IMG/VR virus record: IMGVR_UViG_3300043690_000007
Coordinates: 1 to 43,114 of that record
Origin: a virus
Taxonomy: Duplodnaviria > Caudoviricetes
DNA: 43,114 nt
Reading direction: 5' to 3' (one strand)
The position numbers and the translations under genes are program-made. Under the pieces are notes generated by a model, which did no database searches, was not told the origin of the DNA, and was given only the letters and a program-made list of their open reading frames with translations. Positions 43,112 through 43,114 of this stretch are shown here, in pieces. The first letter of the stretch is position 1, and each line of letters begins with the position of its first letter.

Positions 43112-43114
43112 CGG

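Overview
The window is a near-complete, GC-rich ~43 kb tailed-phage genome with a podovirus-like layout, probably infecting an alphaproteobacterium (inferred from a dif-like site and CTATAT-type promoters). It appears circular and broken inside a repeat: the last bases (TAACGG) begin an element whose second half opens the window. Modules: (i) a rightward early region (42174-end, 1-4696) of small ORFs punctuated by seven copies of a conserved double-hairpin element; (ii) leftward Cro-like HTH, RusA, primase and AAA helicase; (iii) rightward YqaJ exonuclease, ERF, SSB and accessory ORFs; (iv) a long leftward late operon (small ORFs, KTSC, TerL, portal, scaffold, N4-gp56-type capsid, adaptor, a split tail/stabilisation gene, fibres, holin, SleB-like endolysin, AspH-like and sulfotransferase-like proteins, three ejection proteins, PurD-like ATP-grasp enzyme); (v) a ~1.5 kb non-coding region with a dif-like site and an IHF-like site. 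I see no integrase, DNA polymerase, RNA polymerase, clear TerS, tRNA or CRISPR. The most notable signals are the covarying two-hairpin cassette array, the dif-like site in an integrase-less phage, the gene split by a 1.7 kb insertion, and the orphan enzymes flanking the ejection genes. All protein calls come from motif recognition by eye, not database searches.
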